Virus record (IMG/VR): IMGVR_UViG_3300030376_006242
DNA from: a virus
Lineage: Duplodnaviria > Caudoviricetes
Length of the DNA stretch: 64,000 nucleotides
Direction: 5' to 3' (one strand)
A model generated the notes under the pieces. It was not told where the DNA came from. It made no database searches and saw nothing but the letters and a program-made list of their open reading frames with translations. A program made the position numbers and the translations under genes. Within the stretch, counting starts at the first letter, position 1. Each line of letters opens with the position of its first letter. Shown in pieces: positions 7,948 through 19,387 of the stretch.

Positions 7948-10900
7948 ATGGCTGTAGGTCGAATATCAGGTCAACTCTTGAAGTCCAACTTACTGCGTAA
8001 TGGCGCAGATTTGGCTTTCGAGACAAACTTGTTATACATTGATGTTAATAACAATAGGATTGGTGTTAAGACCGCTACTCCGGCATACCCCTTAGATGTA
8101 AATGGAACAGCACGTACAACAAATGCTGAAGTTACTGGACAAGTAGATGTAGGAAATATCACACTTACAGGTAACACAATTTCAACAACACAGTCTCAAT
8201 TAAATTTTAACGCAGTAGATGGCATAATCTACAACAACGAAATTCACGTCGATGACCTTATAATCAGAAACAACAGAATAGAAGCCACAGATACCAATCA
8301 AAATTTTGAAATTGTTACAAGTGGAACTGGTGTTGTAGACATTATAGGTGACACAGAAGTACAAGGAAATATTCACGCAACAGGAAATATTAGAGCAGAC
8401 GGTAACATCACTATTGGTGATAATGATACAGATTCAATCACAATCAATGCTGATATTACATCTGACATTATACCTGATCAATCAAACACATACAAATTAG
8501 GTACAGCGGCAAAACGTTGGAACGAAGCATATGCCAACAACTTGACTGTGGATAACTTGGCACTGTCAGGAAACATTACAGTACAAGGACTAAACTTAAC
8601 AGCACGTCCAGGAAAAGTAATATATGTGGCAACAAACGGTGATGATTCAAAATCAGGAACACACCAAAATGATCCGTATGCTACAATTGAACAAGCCTTA
8701 TCAGTGGCTATTGCTGGAGACCATGTATACATTTATCCAGGCACCTACACAGAAGATTTTCCATTAACTATTCCAACAGGAGTTAGTATTAGAGGTGATG
8801 GACTAAGAGCAGTAAAAATTCAACCAAGTGCTTTAACAAACACAAATGACGCTTTTATATTAAATGGCGAAACAACAATTGAAGATTTAACTATAACAGG
8901 TTTTTATTACAACAGTTCTGCAAACACAGGACACGCATTTAGATTTAATTCAACAGGTGCAGATGATTCGACTGGTTTTCAAGTTACATCAAGATCACCT
9001 TACATTAGAAATATTACAGTAATTACACAAGGTTCAGTTACAACAGCACTAGATCCAAGAGGATTTGGTTCTGGTGATGCTGGTAAAGGTGCTTTACTAG
9101 ATGGTTCAGTGGCAACGCCTGCTTCTAACGAAGCAAGTTGTTTGTTTCAAAACGCAACATTTATTACACCAGGTGTAGATGCGATCACACTGACAAACGG
9201 TGTTAGAATAGAATGGTTAAACTCTTTCACTTATTTTGCGGCAAGAAGTATCTATGCTGTTGACGGCACAACTGGTTTGGCTGAAGATGGTAAAACACAA
9301 TTAAAAGTTTCAGGTTTTTCAGGCACACCTGTGGCGGCAGGACACGTAATATCTTATTATGACACAGATGGAGTAACACAACTAGCATCTGGAACAGTTG
9401 AATCTGTAGACAATGGCAAAATAATTATTGATGGTAAATCTACTGGATTTGCTATGCCACCAGAAACAACAGGAAAACAAATTACAGCCAACGGTGATGC
9501 TAAATTAGATACATCTGTTTACAAATTTGGACAATCAAGTTTACTTCTTGATGGTGTAGGAGACAGTGCGTCAATAGGAACGACAGCAGACTTTGGATTT
9601 GGCACAGGAGATTTTACAATAGAATTTTGGGCATACCCAACAACACTTCAATCAACAACAGTGTTTGATTTTAGAAACAACACATCGATAGAGTATTCAT
9701 TGATGTTGTATATGACAAACAACGGACCTAAACTTTATGTTAACGGTGCTGATGTTATAATAGGAAGTCAAGGCTTTAACTTAAACACTTGGACACACTT
9801 CTCATTAGTAAGAAGCAGTAACACTGTAACAATGTATGTTGCAGGACAAAATGTTGGATCGGCTACTGTTGCTAATGATTTAGGTGCGGCTAAACCACTT
9901 GTAATGGGTAACAATTATGATGCCAACAATGGATTTATTGGAAACATAGATGATTTTATAATTTACAAAGGTTCAGCAATACGTTCAGGAAACTTTACTC
10001 CTCCAACAACTGAAGCAATTGGAAATAACAGCACAGTATTAGTAAGTAGATTTAATGGACAAAATCTATCAACTACAATTTTAGATACAAACATTGCTCT
10101 TCAAGATATTAGATTTTCAACAGGCGCAACAGCAACAAACTTTACACTTGTAGATTATACAGACTTTGGAGCAGAAGTTAGAGCAATAGCATCAGCATCA
10201 ATCTACGGAACATTTGGTGCAGTAGGTGATGGTGTTGGTGTAAAAATGTATTTGATTTCACACAACTTTGCTTACATTGGAAATGATTATGAAGTAGACA
10301 ACGATGCAACAACAGTGATTCAAGCCAATGAAGTTGTAACATCAAATGGTGCTAAAATTTTCTATTCATCAGTTGACCACAAAGGTGATTTTAGAGTTGG
10401 TGATCAATTCCATGTTAATCAAGACACAGGTGAAGTAAACTTTACATCTGCTTCATTGAACATTGATGTGGATCAAGCATTGACATTTACATCAGGACCT
10501 AATGTTACAGTAATAGCAGGTGACAAAGTTGAAACAGGAAATGTACAAATTTCTGGAAATACAATTACAACAACTTCTGGAGATTTAAATTTAGATTCAT
10601 TTAACAATCAAATTAATTTTGTAGATGATGTAAACATAACAGGAAATTTAGATATCACTGGTGACATCACTATTGGTGGTAATGTTACTATTGGTGATGA
10701 GACAACAGATTCAATCAACATAACAGCAGGTATAGGTTCAGACATTATTCCTGCCCAAGATAACACTTACAATGTTGGTTCAGCAACAAAAAGATGGAAT
10801 ACAATTTTTGCCAATGAAGCACAAATTGACAGTATTAATATTACTAATAATGTAATTACATCTAACAACACAAATGCTGATTTAGATTTAAGAGCAAGTG

Positions 10901-11679
10901 GCACAGGTTCTGTGAGAGTTGAAAACTTTACAGTGTCTGGTGACACAATGACAAATGATACAGGAGACTTCATTGTTAATCCTGCTTCAGGTGTGTTCAG
11001 AGTTGACGGGACTGGTTCAGTAAGAATTCCAACAGGAACAAGTGCTCAAAGACCAGGCTCACCTACAGCAGGTATGATGAGATATAACACTGATGATTCA
11101 GTGTTTGAAGGATATAACGGAACGAACTGGTTGGCTTTATCTGGTGTTTATGACTTAGATAAAGACACATACATCACTGCTGAGGCTACACCAGGCGCAG
11201 ATGATGACACATTAAGATTTTATGCTGGCGGAGTTTTGGTAGCAAATGTGAACCCAACTAGATTTGATGTCACATCATTACAGGTTGATGATATCACAAT
11301 CAGTGGAAATACCCTTACAACCACTGGAACTGACCAAGATTTAATCCTAAATGCTCAAGGAAATGGTAGCATTAGAATTGAAGACTACAAATTTGAGGGA
11401 AATGCGATAACTAATATTATATCTAGTCCGATTGTGTTAAAAACAACTGGAACGGGGTATATTGATGTGTCAGACTCGGGCGGTTTTGTGCTTCCAGTGG
11501 GAACAACAGCAAACAGACCGATTACACCTGTAACAGGTATGATACGTTACAACACCGCAGATCAACGTGTTGAATTATATGATGGGAACCAATGGGGTTC
11601 AATCGCAGGTTCATCAGGTGCTGTAAGTATTATTGACGCAACAGAAATAGCAGTGGAATACGCACTGTTTATGGGATAG
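7948..11679 (+). CDS. Tail fibre/spike-like protein with beta-helix and LamG/concanavalin-like insert
   Basis: Start moved to ATG 7948 (SD AGGAG; aligns with paralogue); KFGQSSLLLDG, FGTGDFTIEFW and WTHFSLVR LamG motifs; P-x-GT..RP repeats. Confidence 0.8.
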   Translation: MAVGRISGQLLKSNLLRNGADLAFETNLLYIDVNNNRIGVKTATPAYPLDVNGTARTTNAEVTGQVDVGNITLTGNTISTTQSQLNFNAVDGIIYNNEIHVDDLIIRNNRIEATDTNQNFEIVTSGTGVVDIIGDTEVQGNIHATGNIRADGNITIGDNDTDSITINADITSDIIPDQSNTYKLGTAAKRWNEAYANNLTVDNLALSGNITVQGLNLTARPGKVIYVATNGDDSKSGTHQNDPYATIEQALSVAIAGDHVYIYPGTYTEDFPLTIPTGVSIRGDGLRAVKIQPSALTNTNDAFILNGETTIEDLTITGFYYNSSANTGHAFRFNSTGADDSTGFQVTSRSPYIRNITVITQGSVTTALDPRGFGSGDAGKGALLDGSVATPASNEASCLFQNATFITPGVDAITLTNGVRIEWLNSFTYFAARSIYAVDGTTGLAEDGKTQLKVSGFSGTPVAAGHVISYYDTDGVTQLASGTVESVDNGKIIIDGKSTGFAMPPETTGKQITANGDAKLDTSVYKFGQSSLLLDGVGDSASIGTTADFGFGTGDFTIEFWAYPTTLQSTTVFDFRNNTSIEYSLMLYMTNNGPKLYVNGADVIIGSQGFNLNTWTHFSLVRSSNTVTMYVAGQNVGSATVANDLGAAKPLVMGNNYDANNGFIGNIDDFIIYKGSAIRSGNFTPPTTEAIGNNSTVLVSRFNGQNLSTTILDTNIALQDIRFSTGATATNFTLVDYTDFGAEVRAIASASIYGTFGAVGDGVGVKMYLISHNFAYIGNDYEVDNDATTVIQANEVVTSNGAKIFYSSVDHKGDFRVGDQFHVNQDTGEVNFTSASLNIDVDQALTFTSGPNVTVIAGDKVETGNVQISGNTITTTSGDLNLDSFNNQINFVDDVNITGNLDITGDITIGGNVTIGDETTDSINITAGIGSDIIPAQDNTYNVGSATKRWNTIFANEAQIDSINITNNVITSNNTNADLDLRASGTGSVRVENFTVSGDTMTNDTGDFIVNPASGVFRVDGTGSVRIPTGTSAQRPGSPTAGMMRYNTDDSVFEGYNGTNWLALSGVYDLDKDTYITAEATPGADDDTLRFYAGGVLVANVNPTRFDVTSLQVDDITISGNTLTTTGTDQDLILNAQGNGSIRIEDYKFEGNAITNIISSPIVLKTTGTGYIDVSDSGGFVLPVGTTANRPITPVTGMIRYNTADQRVELYDGNQWGSIAGSSGAVSIIDATEIAVEYALFMG

Positions 11680-11686
11680 GAAAAAT

Positions 11687-12019
11687 ATGGCAACAAATTT
11701 TAGAAACTCTGTAACAAAAAGTATAGGAACTGTAACTACGGCTGTATACGAAGCCGCACCAGGATCATACACAACAATCATTGGAATGGTTTTAGCAAAC
11801 TTGACAGAATCAGTTGTTGAAGCAAGTGTGACACTTACAGCAACTCCAGACTCAGTTACAGGATTTATAGTAAAAGATGTTTTGATTGCACCAAACTCTA
11901 GTTTACGTGTGTTAAACTCAGGAGAAAAATTAATTGTAGCAAGTCAAAACAGTTTAAACGTAAAATGTAATATTAACGACTCATTAGATTGTGTGTTAAG
12001 TTACGTGGAGATAACATAA
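11687..12019 (+). CDS. Small structural adaptor (~108-aa family, copy 2)
   Basis: Paralogue of 3445..3771. Confidence 0.7.
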   Translation: MATNFRNSVTKSIGTVTTAVYEAAPGSYTTIIGMVLANLTESVVEASVTLTATPDSVTGFIVKDVLIAPNSSLRVLNSGEKLIVASQNSLNVKCNINDSLDCVLSYVEIT

Positions 12020-12020
12020 G

Positions 12021-12482
12021 ATGTCAAATACAGTTGGACAGGATACTGGCGTATATCTAGCAAATGGTATCAAAGACAGATACTTTTATGGATTACGAAG
12101 AACAGACGAAGGAACTTTATTCATAGGTAAAGTTGACCAATTGTCTGCAAACGATCCTGTGTCAATTAACAATCCAGGAAACATAGATGACAACTTTAAA
12201 GATTTTGATCAAGGTTATGATTTTTACGAAGGAAGAGATTTGAACCACGCTAAACCTTTTCCAAATTTAAGATACGAACAATTTAGATGGGACGATGTTA
12301 ATCTAAATTATTATATTAATTCAGAAGGCGAACTAGTTGTAAGAATAAACAGTAACGTTGGTGATGGAGAAATAACATATCCACAAACTGATGAATCTGT
12401 AATAGTAGAAACAACTGTGTTTACATTGGATAAAACAAATTACTTAATGGATAGTAATGAAATAACATTCGATAGAGGATAA
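12021..12482 (+). CDS. Hypothetical virion protein (paralogue of 13797..14171)
   Basis: Shared RYFYGLRRTD-x-G, PGNID, EGRD, PNL-x-YEQ and EGELV motifs. Confidence 0.75.
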   Translation: MSNTVGQDTGVYLANGIKDRYFYGLRRTDEGTLFIGKVDQLSANDPVSINNPGNIDDNFKDFDQGYDFYEGRDLNHAKPFPNLRYEQFRWDDVNLNYYINSEGELVVRINSNVGDGEITYPQTDESVIVETTVFTLDKTNYLMDSNEITFDRG

Positions 12483-12500
12483 AGTAGGAGGAAAAAACGA

Positions 12501-13793
12501 ATGACACGACAACTTATAAACACTGGTATTATTCCAAATGACGGTCAAGGTGACTCGTTAAGGACTGCTGGTGGAAAAATGAATAACAATTTCGAGGAGT
12601 TGTATACGGCTCTTGGAAATGGCACAACTTTGACAGTTGTCAATAATAATTTGATTACTGCCACAGGTGCAAACAAAATAACTTTTTTATATAACACTCT
12701 AGCAGAATTACCAGATGCAGGAACGTATCATGGAATGTTTGCTCATGTACACGGTGAGAATGCCTCCTACTACGCTCACGCAGGTGCTTGGGTAAAACTA
12801 GCAGATGCGAATAAATCTATCGGAATGTTTTCAGATGTTGACTTAACAGCAACACCAACGAACGGACAAGCATTAATTTATGATTCAGGTGCACAAACTT
12901 GGAAACCAGGTGATGTACAAGCCGGCGGTGGTGGTGGCGGTGGCTCAGGTGTAACTAATTTCCTTGGCTTAACAGATACTCCAGCATCATACAGCGGACT
13001 AGCAGGTGGCTTTTTACAAGTGAACGGCACAAGCGATGGTTTAGAAATTGTTGCGGCATTTTCAATTGACAAATTATCAGACGTTGATACAACAACATCT
13101 GCTCCAAGTTCAGGACAAGTTTTAAAATGGAATGGTACAAAATGGGTACCTGGAGATGATTCAACATCAGGTGGCGGAGCCGCTGATGCTGGAACATTAG
13201 ATGGTTTAGATAGTACATACTTCTTAAACTACAACAACTTGAACAACAAGCCAACTATTCCAGCGGCGTTCACAGATTTATCAGACACTCCTTCAACACT
13301 AACAGGTGTAGGTGGAAGATTTGTTAAAGTAAACGCAGGTGGTACAGCATTAGAATTTGTTGTTGACGCAGGTGGCGGAGCAAGTGCTCTTAACGATCTA
13401 TCAGATGTAACAGTTTCTAGTCCAGCACAAGGTGATGTGTTGTACTATGATGGCTCAGGTTGGGTAAAACAAAACGGCCCAACAATGAGATGGAGCATTA
13501 GTTCAAATGGTTCATCAGACTACACATTTAGTGGTCCAGGATTTCCAACTACTACAAATGATCCAGTATTATACTTGATGAGAGGACACACTTATGTGTT
13601 TGTGAACAACACTGGTGCTAGTCACCCATTTGAAATTAGAGTTTCTAATGGTGGTTCAGCATACACATCAGGCGTAAGTGGTAGTAAAAACGGAACACAA
13701 TTATTCACAGTACCAATGGATGCACCAAGCACATTGTATTATCAATGTACAATTCATTCTGGTATGGGTAACACAATCAACATAGTGAGTTAA
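12501..13793 (+). CDS. Baseplate-attached fibre with gp9/gp10-like N-terminus and C-terminal cupredoxin-like domain
   Basis: INTG..PNDGQGDSLR..G.KMN.NF.ELY; L-x-DV..GQ-x-L-x-(W/Y) repeats; SHPF...YYQCTIHSGMG. Confidence 0.75.
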   Translation: MTRQLINTGIIPNDGQGDSLRTAGGKMNNNFEELYTALGNGTTLTVVNNNLITATGANKITFLYNTLAELPDAGTYHGMFAHVHGENASYYAHAGAWVKLADANKSIGMFSDVDLTATPTNGQALIYDSGAQTWKPGDVQAGGGGGGGSGVTNFLGLTDTPASYSGLAGGFLQVNGTSDGLEIVAAFSIDKLSDVDTTTSAPSSGQVLKWNGTKWVPGDDSTSGGGAADAGTLDGLDSTYFLNYNNLNNKPTIPAAFTDLSDTPSTLTGVGGRFVKVNAGGTALEFVVDAGGGASALNDLSDVTVSSPAQGDVLYYDGSGWVKQNGPTMRWSISSNGSSDYTFSGPGFPTTTNDPVLYLMRGHTYVFVNNTGASHPFEIRVSNGGSAYTSGVSGSKNGTQLFTVPMDAPSTLYYQCTIHSGMGNTINIVS

Positions 13794-13796
13794 TAA

Positions 13797-14171
13797 ATGG
13801 CACAAGTATTTGGCGTAGGCATAGACGAATTACAGAAAACACTGGCAAACAATAGATATTTCTATGGTTTGCGTAGAACAGATGCCGGCGAATTATACAT
13901 GGTGAAATCAGATTTATTAAGACTAGAAGATGGTGTACAATTGAATAGACCAGGAAATATTGATGAAAATTACAATAATTGGAGTAGAGGTGAAGATTTC
14001 TTTGAAGGCAGAGATCAACAACATAGAAAAACTTATCCAAATTTAGTATACGAACAGTATAAATGGGACGGAAGAAACCTGTTTTATTACGTGAACAAAG
14101 AAGGAGAATTAGTATTAAAAGTTAACGAGGCTCACACATATGTAGGATATGTGGAACCTTATAGTAGTTAG
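13797..14171 (+). CDS. Hypothetical virion protein (paralogue of 12021..12482)
   Basis: Shared motifs as above. Confidence 0.75.
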   Translation: MAQVFGVGIDELQKTLANNRYFYGLRRTDAGELYMVKSDLLRLEDGVQLNRPGNIDENYNNWSRGEDFFEGRDQQHRKTYPNLVYEQYKWDGRNLFYYVNKEGELVLKVNEAHTYVGYVEPYSS

Positions 14172-14198
14172 GAAATAAATACATATAGGAATTAATCA

Positions 14199-17100
14199 AT
14201 GGCAGATTTTCGAATAGATAGGATAAGATTTAGATGGAGAGGTGATTGGTCAGCCAACACTCTTTATGTAAAAGATGACGTATTAAGATACGGTGCGAAA
14301 GTTTTTGTTTGTGTTGAAGTACACACTTCTGATACAAACTTTTATAACGACTTAAACAACACAATTCCAAGATGGGTACAAATGATGGACGGTCAAAGTT
14401 GGACCGGCGATTGGGCACCTTCTACTTTTTACAAAATTGGTGAACTAGTAAAAGTTGGTGGTTTAATTTACAAATGTATCGAAGGACATATTTCAAATGC
14501 GGATGCCAACAACGGTGTATTAGGTGATGAATTAAAATGGGTTTACTTTGCTCGTGGAGAAGACTATCAATCTGTTTGGCAACCAAACACACTTTACAAT
14601 GTTGACCAAACTGTAATTTACGGTGGTTCAATTTGGAAATGTAACACAGCACACACGTCTGCTTCAGCAGATGATGGATTACAATTCAATGCGGCTTACT
14701 GGGATCAATATTCAAGATCAGATAACTTTAGAGGTGATTGGACATCAAACACTTTATATTATCCAGATGATATTGTTTACTATGGTGGAACAGTATTTAG
14801 ATGTACAACAGGACACAGATCTGCACCATCAAATAAATTTGTAAATCCAACAACAACATACAACGGTGCATCAGGAAACGGTTTCCAATATTTTATATAT
14901 AAAACTGGAGCAACATACAACATAAAAGTTACAAATGCTGGTAACACTTATCTTGCTTCAGAAACATTTACAGTTTTAGGAACACAACTAGGTGGAGCAA
15001 CTCCAGCCAATGATGCTACAATCGTCATTGACACTGTAAACGCAGGTGCTATCGCAACACTTTCTGTAAACGGAACGGCTAACGATGCCGCTGATGGTTT
15101 AGAAGCAAACAGCGGACAATGGGAAACTGTGTTCACAGGAATTAGATACAGAGGAGATTACACTGTTGGAGAAAGATATTCAGCAGGAGAACTTGTTAGA
15201 TGGTCTCCAGGTATGTGGCAAGTTACAACAGGACACTGGGCAGTAGATCCACAAATGGTTGAAGGTAATTTCAGCCTATGGATACCAGGTTTAGAATTTG
15301 AACAACTATGGAGTATTTCACAATACTACCAACAAGGTGATGTCGTACTTTACGGAGGTTACACTTACGTTGCTTTACAAAGTAACATTGGTGTTCAACC
15401 TGCAGTTACAGACGCAACAAACACTTGGGAATTACAAGTTGTAGGATACACATTCAAAGGTGAATGGCAAGCAACTTACCTTGTTAACAATGCTGTAGAA
15501 AACTATCCATACAAAACTGGTGATGTTGTTAGAGCAGGTGGTGATTTATACATAGCAGTAAAAGATAACGAGAATGTAGATCCATCAACTAGAAGTGTGT
15601 ATGATGAAGGTTCAGACAGTCCATTCCCATGGCAATTACTTGTTGAAGGTTATGCTTTCAAAGGTCCTTGGGCAGAAACAGATTTAAACAACATAACAGG
15701 TGAATCAACTTATTTCCCAGGAGATGTTGTTACAGTAGCAGGTACACTTTATAAATGTATTTTAAAACATGAAGCAAATTCATCAGATGCTAAACCACCG
15801 TTAGATTTTGAATCAGAAAATGTTGGTCCTTATTGGGTTTTATTAGCACAAGGTCATACTCCAAACGTATTGGAATATCCTGGAGATATTAAAACACAAA
15901 ACGAAGATTCAACAAGATTAAGAATAGGAATTGGACAATCAGGACAACTTTTAAAAGTTGGTTCTAATAATATTCCTTTCTGGGAAGATTTTGATGTAAC
16001 ACCAAAAGTTTATTATGTATCACCAGACGGAGTTGACTCAGACACTAGAGGTACTCAATTAGCATCACCATTCAAAACAATCAAGTATGCTTGTGATTAC
16101 ATCAACGGCGATTTAGCCGCAAGAGCACCAGCAACTATTTTTATTAAAACAGGATTATATCAAGAAATACTTCCTATCGTTGTGCCAAGAGATGTTGCAC
16201 TTGTAGGAGATGAATTAAGAAGTACAGAAGTTAAACCAGCGGCAGGTTATGAAACTGGTTACGATATGTTTAGAGTTAACAATGGTACTGGTATTAGAAA
16301 TATGTCTTTAAGTGGACTAACAGGTACATTAGGACCAGTTAATCAATACGGAACAAGAAGACCAACAGGTGGTGCTTTTGTTACATTAAATCCTGGTTCA
16401 GGACCATCAGATGCGGCGGCTTGGATTACAACTAAATCATGTTACGTACAAAACGTATCTACATTTGGAACAGGATGTATAGGTTTAAAAGTAGACGGTG
16501 ATTTACACAACGGTGGTAACAAATCAATTGTTGCCAATGACTTTACACAGGTAATTGATAACGGTATTGGTTTCTGGGTAAATGGAGAAGGTAAAGCAGA
16601 ACTTGTATCTGTGTTCACTTACTACTGTCACATAGGATATCTTGCTACTGACGGTGGTAAAGCGAGAGCAACAAACGGAAACAACTCTTATGGAGATTTT
16701 GGTTCTGTTGCTGAAGGTGTAACACCTACAGAAACACCTATCACAGCAAAATTCAACAACAGAACACAAGAAGCCCAAGTAGATGCTGTATATAATGATG
16801 AAAACGAAATATTTGCTTTCGCTTATGATCACGCAGGACAAAATTATTCATCTGCTAACATAACTATAACAGGTTCAGGTCAAGGTGCGGCGGCAACAAT
16901 TAATTATGAAAATACAAGAGATGGTGCTGTAAACAAAGTAAGAATTTTAGGTCCAGGTGACTCAACACCAGCAGGTGGTGCCGGTTATACTAGTAAATCA
17001 GGACCAGCAATAACAGGTGACACAACATCAATCAAACTAAATGCTCAATTCCAAGGTACAACAGCACAAACAGTTGGACAAAGAATTTATATTTGGGAAG

Positions 17101-19352
17101 GTACAGGAAGAGGACAATACGGAATAATTGATTCTTTCAACGAAGTAACAAAAGTTTGTACAGTCAAAAAAGAATTTGATAACACACCAGGTTGGCAACA
17201 TTTCTTAGGCGGCTTTGCTATTGAAACGGAATTAGATCCGTCAACAAAATATTTTATTGAACCAAGAATATCTTTTAGTGAACCACCTTACAGCAACTCA
17301 ACAGCATCTATTCCATTAAATGGAGAATACTTATTAGGTGCTTCAAGAAGAGTTTCTTCTACAAACGTTACTGTGTTATTAGGAAATGGTAGAGGTTTAA
17401 GATCAGTAGATTCAACAAGTTGGACAGTTTGTAATGGTGTACCAACACAAAACTGGAACAGTTTCGAAGGTGGCGCTAACAACTTTATGGCAACATCTAA
17501 CACAGGTGCGTTAGCAAGATCTCAAGATGGTGCTAACTGGAGTGACATATCAGGTAACATAGGTGCTGATATATTCAGAAGTGTTGTTTGGGAAAATGTT
17601 TCACAACAATGGGTTGTAGTTTCAGAAACAGGTGTTGTATACATATCTGGAGATGAAGGAAACACATGGACTTCACAACAAGTTGAACCATACGATGGAT
17701 CAACACCAGTGTTTACAAAAGCGGCGGCTGGTAATGGATTAATTATTATTGGTAATGACTTTGGACAAACTTGGGAATCAGTTGACGGTGGTACAACATG
17801 GGAACTAGCGGCAGACATAGGCGGTGAAAGATATCTATTACAACACTTAACTTTCACAGGCGATAAATTTATAGCATCAGTACAAGACTCACCATTTGAT
17901 GATTCAACATCAGCAAATAAATTCTTTGTATCAAATGCGAATGCGGCACAAAGTTCTACAAGTGCTATTACAGTTTGGACAGAATCAGAAACACCTCCAC
18001 ATACAGGACCATACACAAAAGTTACAAGTTCACAAGGAACTTTTGTTGCTATAACTGGAAATGGTGAAGTAGCATATTCATATGACGCTGTAAGTTGGAA
18101 ACAATTAACAAACCTTTCAGGCACATACACTGGAATAATAGGTGGCAGATACAACGGTGGTTATTTTGTTCCGTTGAAACAAGGCACAATGTCAGATGCG
18201 ACTGTGTTGAAAAAAGGTGCTCCACCTTTATGTAGAGTAATTACAAATGCTGGAAAAGTTTCAAGAGTACAAATTTTAGAACCAGGCTCAGGTTATGCGA
18301 CTGCACCTACTGTGACAGTTACTGACAATGTGAACACATTAGATGTTGCTTTACAACCAAGAATAGCAGATGGCGTATTAGGACAACCTACATTTACAAA
18401 CAGAGGAACAGGATTTATAAATGTAAGTGCAACAGTAGACGGTGATGGATTCGCAGATGAATTCCAAGTTGGTAAAGTTGTACAAATAAAAGATTTATCT
18501 AGAGAACCAGGACCAGGTGACTTGTTATACATCAATGGTATTGGAGATCAAATTTATAGAGTTACACAGATAACAAATGTTTCAGGTGTTGCTCCTAACT
18601 TAACAGCACAATTTAGAATATCACCAAGTCTAAAAGAAAATGAATCTCCGGCTCATGAAGAGGAAATGACAATTAGACAACAGTACTCACAAGTACGTTT
18701 AACTGGACACGACTTCTTAGATATTGGTACAGGTGGATTTACAACAACAAATTATCCACAAGTTTACACAAACGCAGGATTTACAGAAGGCTATGAAGCA
18801 CAACCTGCCAGAGAAACAGCAAACAACGGTGGTGGTAGAGTATTCTACACTTCAACTGACCAAGATGGTAACTTCCGTGTTGGAGAATTGTTTGAAGTTG
18901 AACAGGCAACTGGTATTGTAACACTAAACGCAGACTTATTCAACCTACAAGGTTTATCAGAATTAGCACTAGGTGGTGTTGTACTAGGTGGTACAGAAGT
19001 TGTAATTAGAGAGTTTTCAACTGATCCAACAATGGCGGCAAATTCAGATAATGTTGTACCAACACAAAAAGCGATTGTAACTTATATTGGTTCAAGAGTT
19101 TCAGGTGGTGGTGCTAACTTGAATGTATCAGGATTTAGAGCAGGACAAATTAAAGTAAGAAACAGAGAAATATTCAATGAAGCATTTCCTGAAACAGGTG
19201 AAATCAAAATTGATAGAATTGCTAATTTAAATGGTGGATTTTCAGGCTCATTACTAGCATTGAACTTTTTCACAGGTGGAGTAGCAAGTACAGAATTGAA
19301 TGAAGGAGATCCGGCTAGTGCTATTGACAGTTCTAACGGATATGGTTCATAA
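14199..19352 (+). CDS. Giant virion protein: CBM5/12-like Trp repeats, beta-helix, BNR/Asp-box propeller
   Basis: W....Y...D.V.YGG..Y.C...H repeats; GDELRS; SQDGANW, SGDEGNTW, SVDGGTTW Asp-boxes; SQVRLTGHDFLDIGTG. Confidence 0.8.
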   Translation: MADFRIDRIRFRWRGDWSANTLYVKDDVLRYGAKVFVCVEVHTSDTNFYNDLNNTIPRWVQMMDGQSWTGDWAPSTFYKIGELVKVGGLIYKCIEGHISNADANNGVLGDELKWVYFARGEDYQSVWQPNTLYNVDQTVIYGGSIWKCNTAHTSASADDGLQFNAAYWDQYSRSDNFRGDWTSNTLYYPDDIVYYGGTVFRCTTGHRSAPSNKFVNPTTTYNGASGNGFQYFIYKTGATYNIKVTNAGNTYLASETFTVLGTQLGGATPANDATIVIDTVNAGAIATLSVNGTANDAADGLEANSGQWETVFTGIRYRGDYTVGERYSAGELVRWSPGMWQVTTGHWAVDPQMVEGNFSLWIPGLEFEQLWSISQYYQQGDVVLYGGYTYVALQSNIGVQPAVTDATNTWELQVVGYTFKGEWQATYLVNNAVENYPYKTGDVVRAGGDLYIAVKDNENVDPSTRSVYDEGSDSPFPWQLLVEGYAFKGPWAETDLNNITGESTYFPGDVVTVAGTLYKCILKHEANSSDAKPPLDFESENVGPYWVLLAQGHTPNVLEYPGDIKTQNEDSTRLRIGIGQSGQLLKVGSNNIPFWEDFDVTPKVYYVSPDGVDSDTRGTQLASPFKTIKYACDYINGDLAARAPATIFIKTGLYQEILPIVVPRDVALVGDELRSTEVKPAAGYETGYDMFRVNNGTGIRNMSLSGLTGTLGPVNQYGTRRPTGGAFVTLNPGSGPSDAAAWITTKSCYVQNVSTFGTGCIGLKVDGDLHNGGNKSIVANDFTQVIDNGIGFWVNGEGKAELVSVFTYYCHIGYLATDGGKARATNGNNSYGDFGSVAEGVTPTETPITAKFNNRTQEAQVDAVYNDENEIFAFAYDHAGQNYSSANITITGSGQGAAATINYENTRDGAVNKVRILGPGDSTPAGGAGYTSKSGPAITGDTTSIKLNAQFQGTTAQTVGQRIYIWEGTGRGQYGIIDSFNEVTKVCTVKKEFDNTPGWQHFLGGFAIETELDPSTKYFIEPRISFSEPPYSNSTASIPLNGEYLLGASRRVSSTNVTVLLGNGRGLRSVDSTSWTVCNGVPTQNWNSFEGGANNFMATSNTGALARSQDGANWSDISGNIGADIFRSVVWENVSQQWVVVSETGVVYISGDEGNTWTSQQVEPYDGSTPVFTKAAAGNGLIIIGNDFGQTWESVDGGTTWELAADIGGERYLLQHLTFTGDKFIASVQDSPFDDSTSANKFFVSNANAAQSSTSAITVWTESETPPHTGPYTKVTSSQGTFVAITGNGEVAYSYDAVSWKQLTNLSGTYTGIIGGRYNGGYFVPLKQGTMSDATVLKKGAPPLCRVITNAGKVSRVQILEPGSGYATAPTVTVTDNVNTLDVALQPRIADGVLGQPTFTNRGTGFINVSATVDGDGFADEFQVGKVVQIKDLSREPGPGDLLYINGIGDQIYRVTQITNVSGVAPNLTAQFRISPSLKENESPAHEEEMTIRQQYSQVRLTGHDFLDIGTGGFTTTNYPQVYTNAGFTEGYEAQPARETANNGGGRVFYTSTDQDGNFRVGELFEVEQATGIVTLNADLFNLQGLSELALGGVVLGGTEVVIREFSTDPTMAANSDNVVPTQKAIVTYIGSRVSGGGANLNVSGFRAGQIKVRNREIFNEAFPETGEIKIDRIANLNGGFSGSLLALNFFTGGVASTELNEGDPASAIDSSNGYGS

Positions 19353-19387
19353 TGATAAATAACTACAATAAGAGGATATATTAACCC

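Noticed and set aside
12923-12950. GGC/GGT microsatellite
   Set aside because: Encodes a poly-Gly linker with mixed codons; no sign of a phase-variable tract
17522-18154. Long antisense ORFs (this one, 36353..36889, 48076..48852 and many others)
   Set aside because: Shadow ORFs opposite strongly supported genes; codon bias explains the lack of stops
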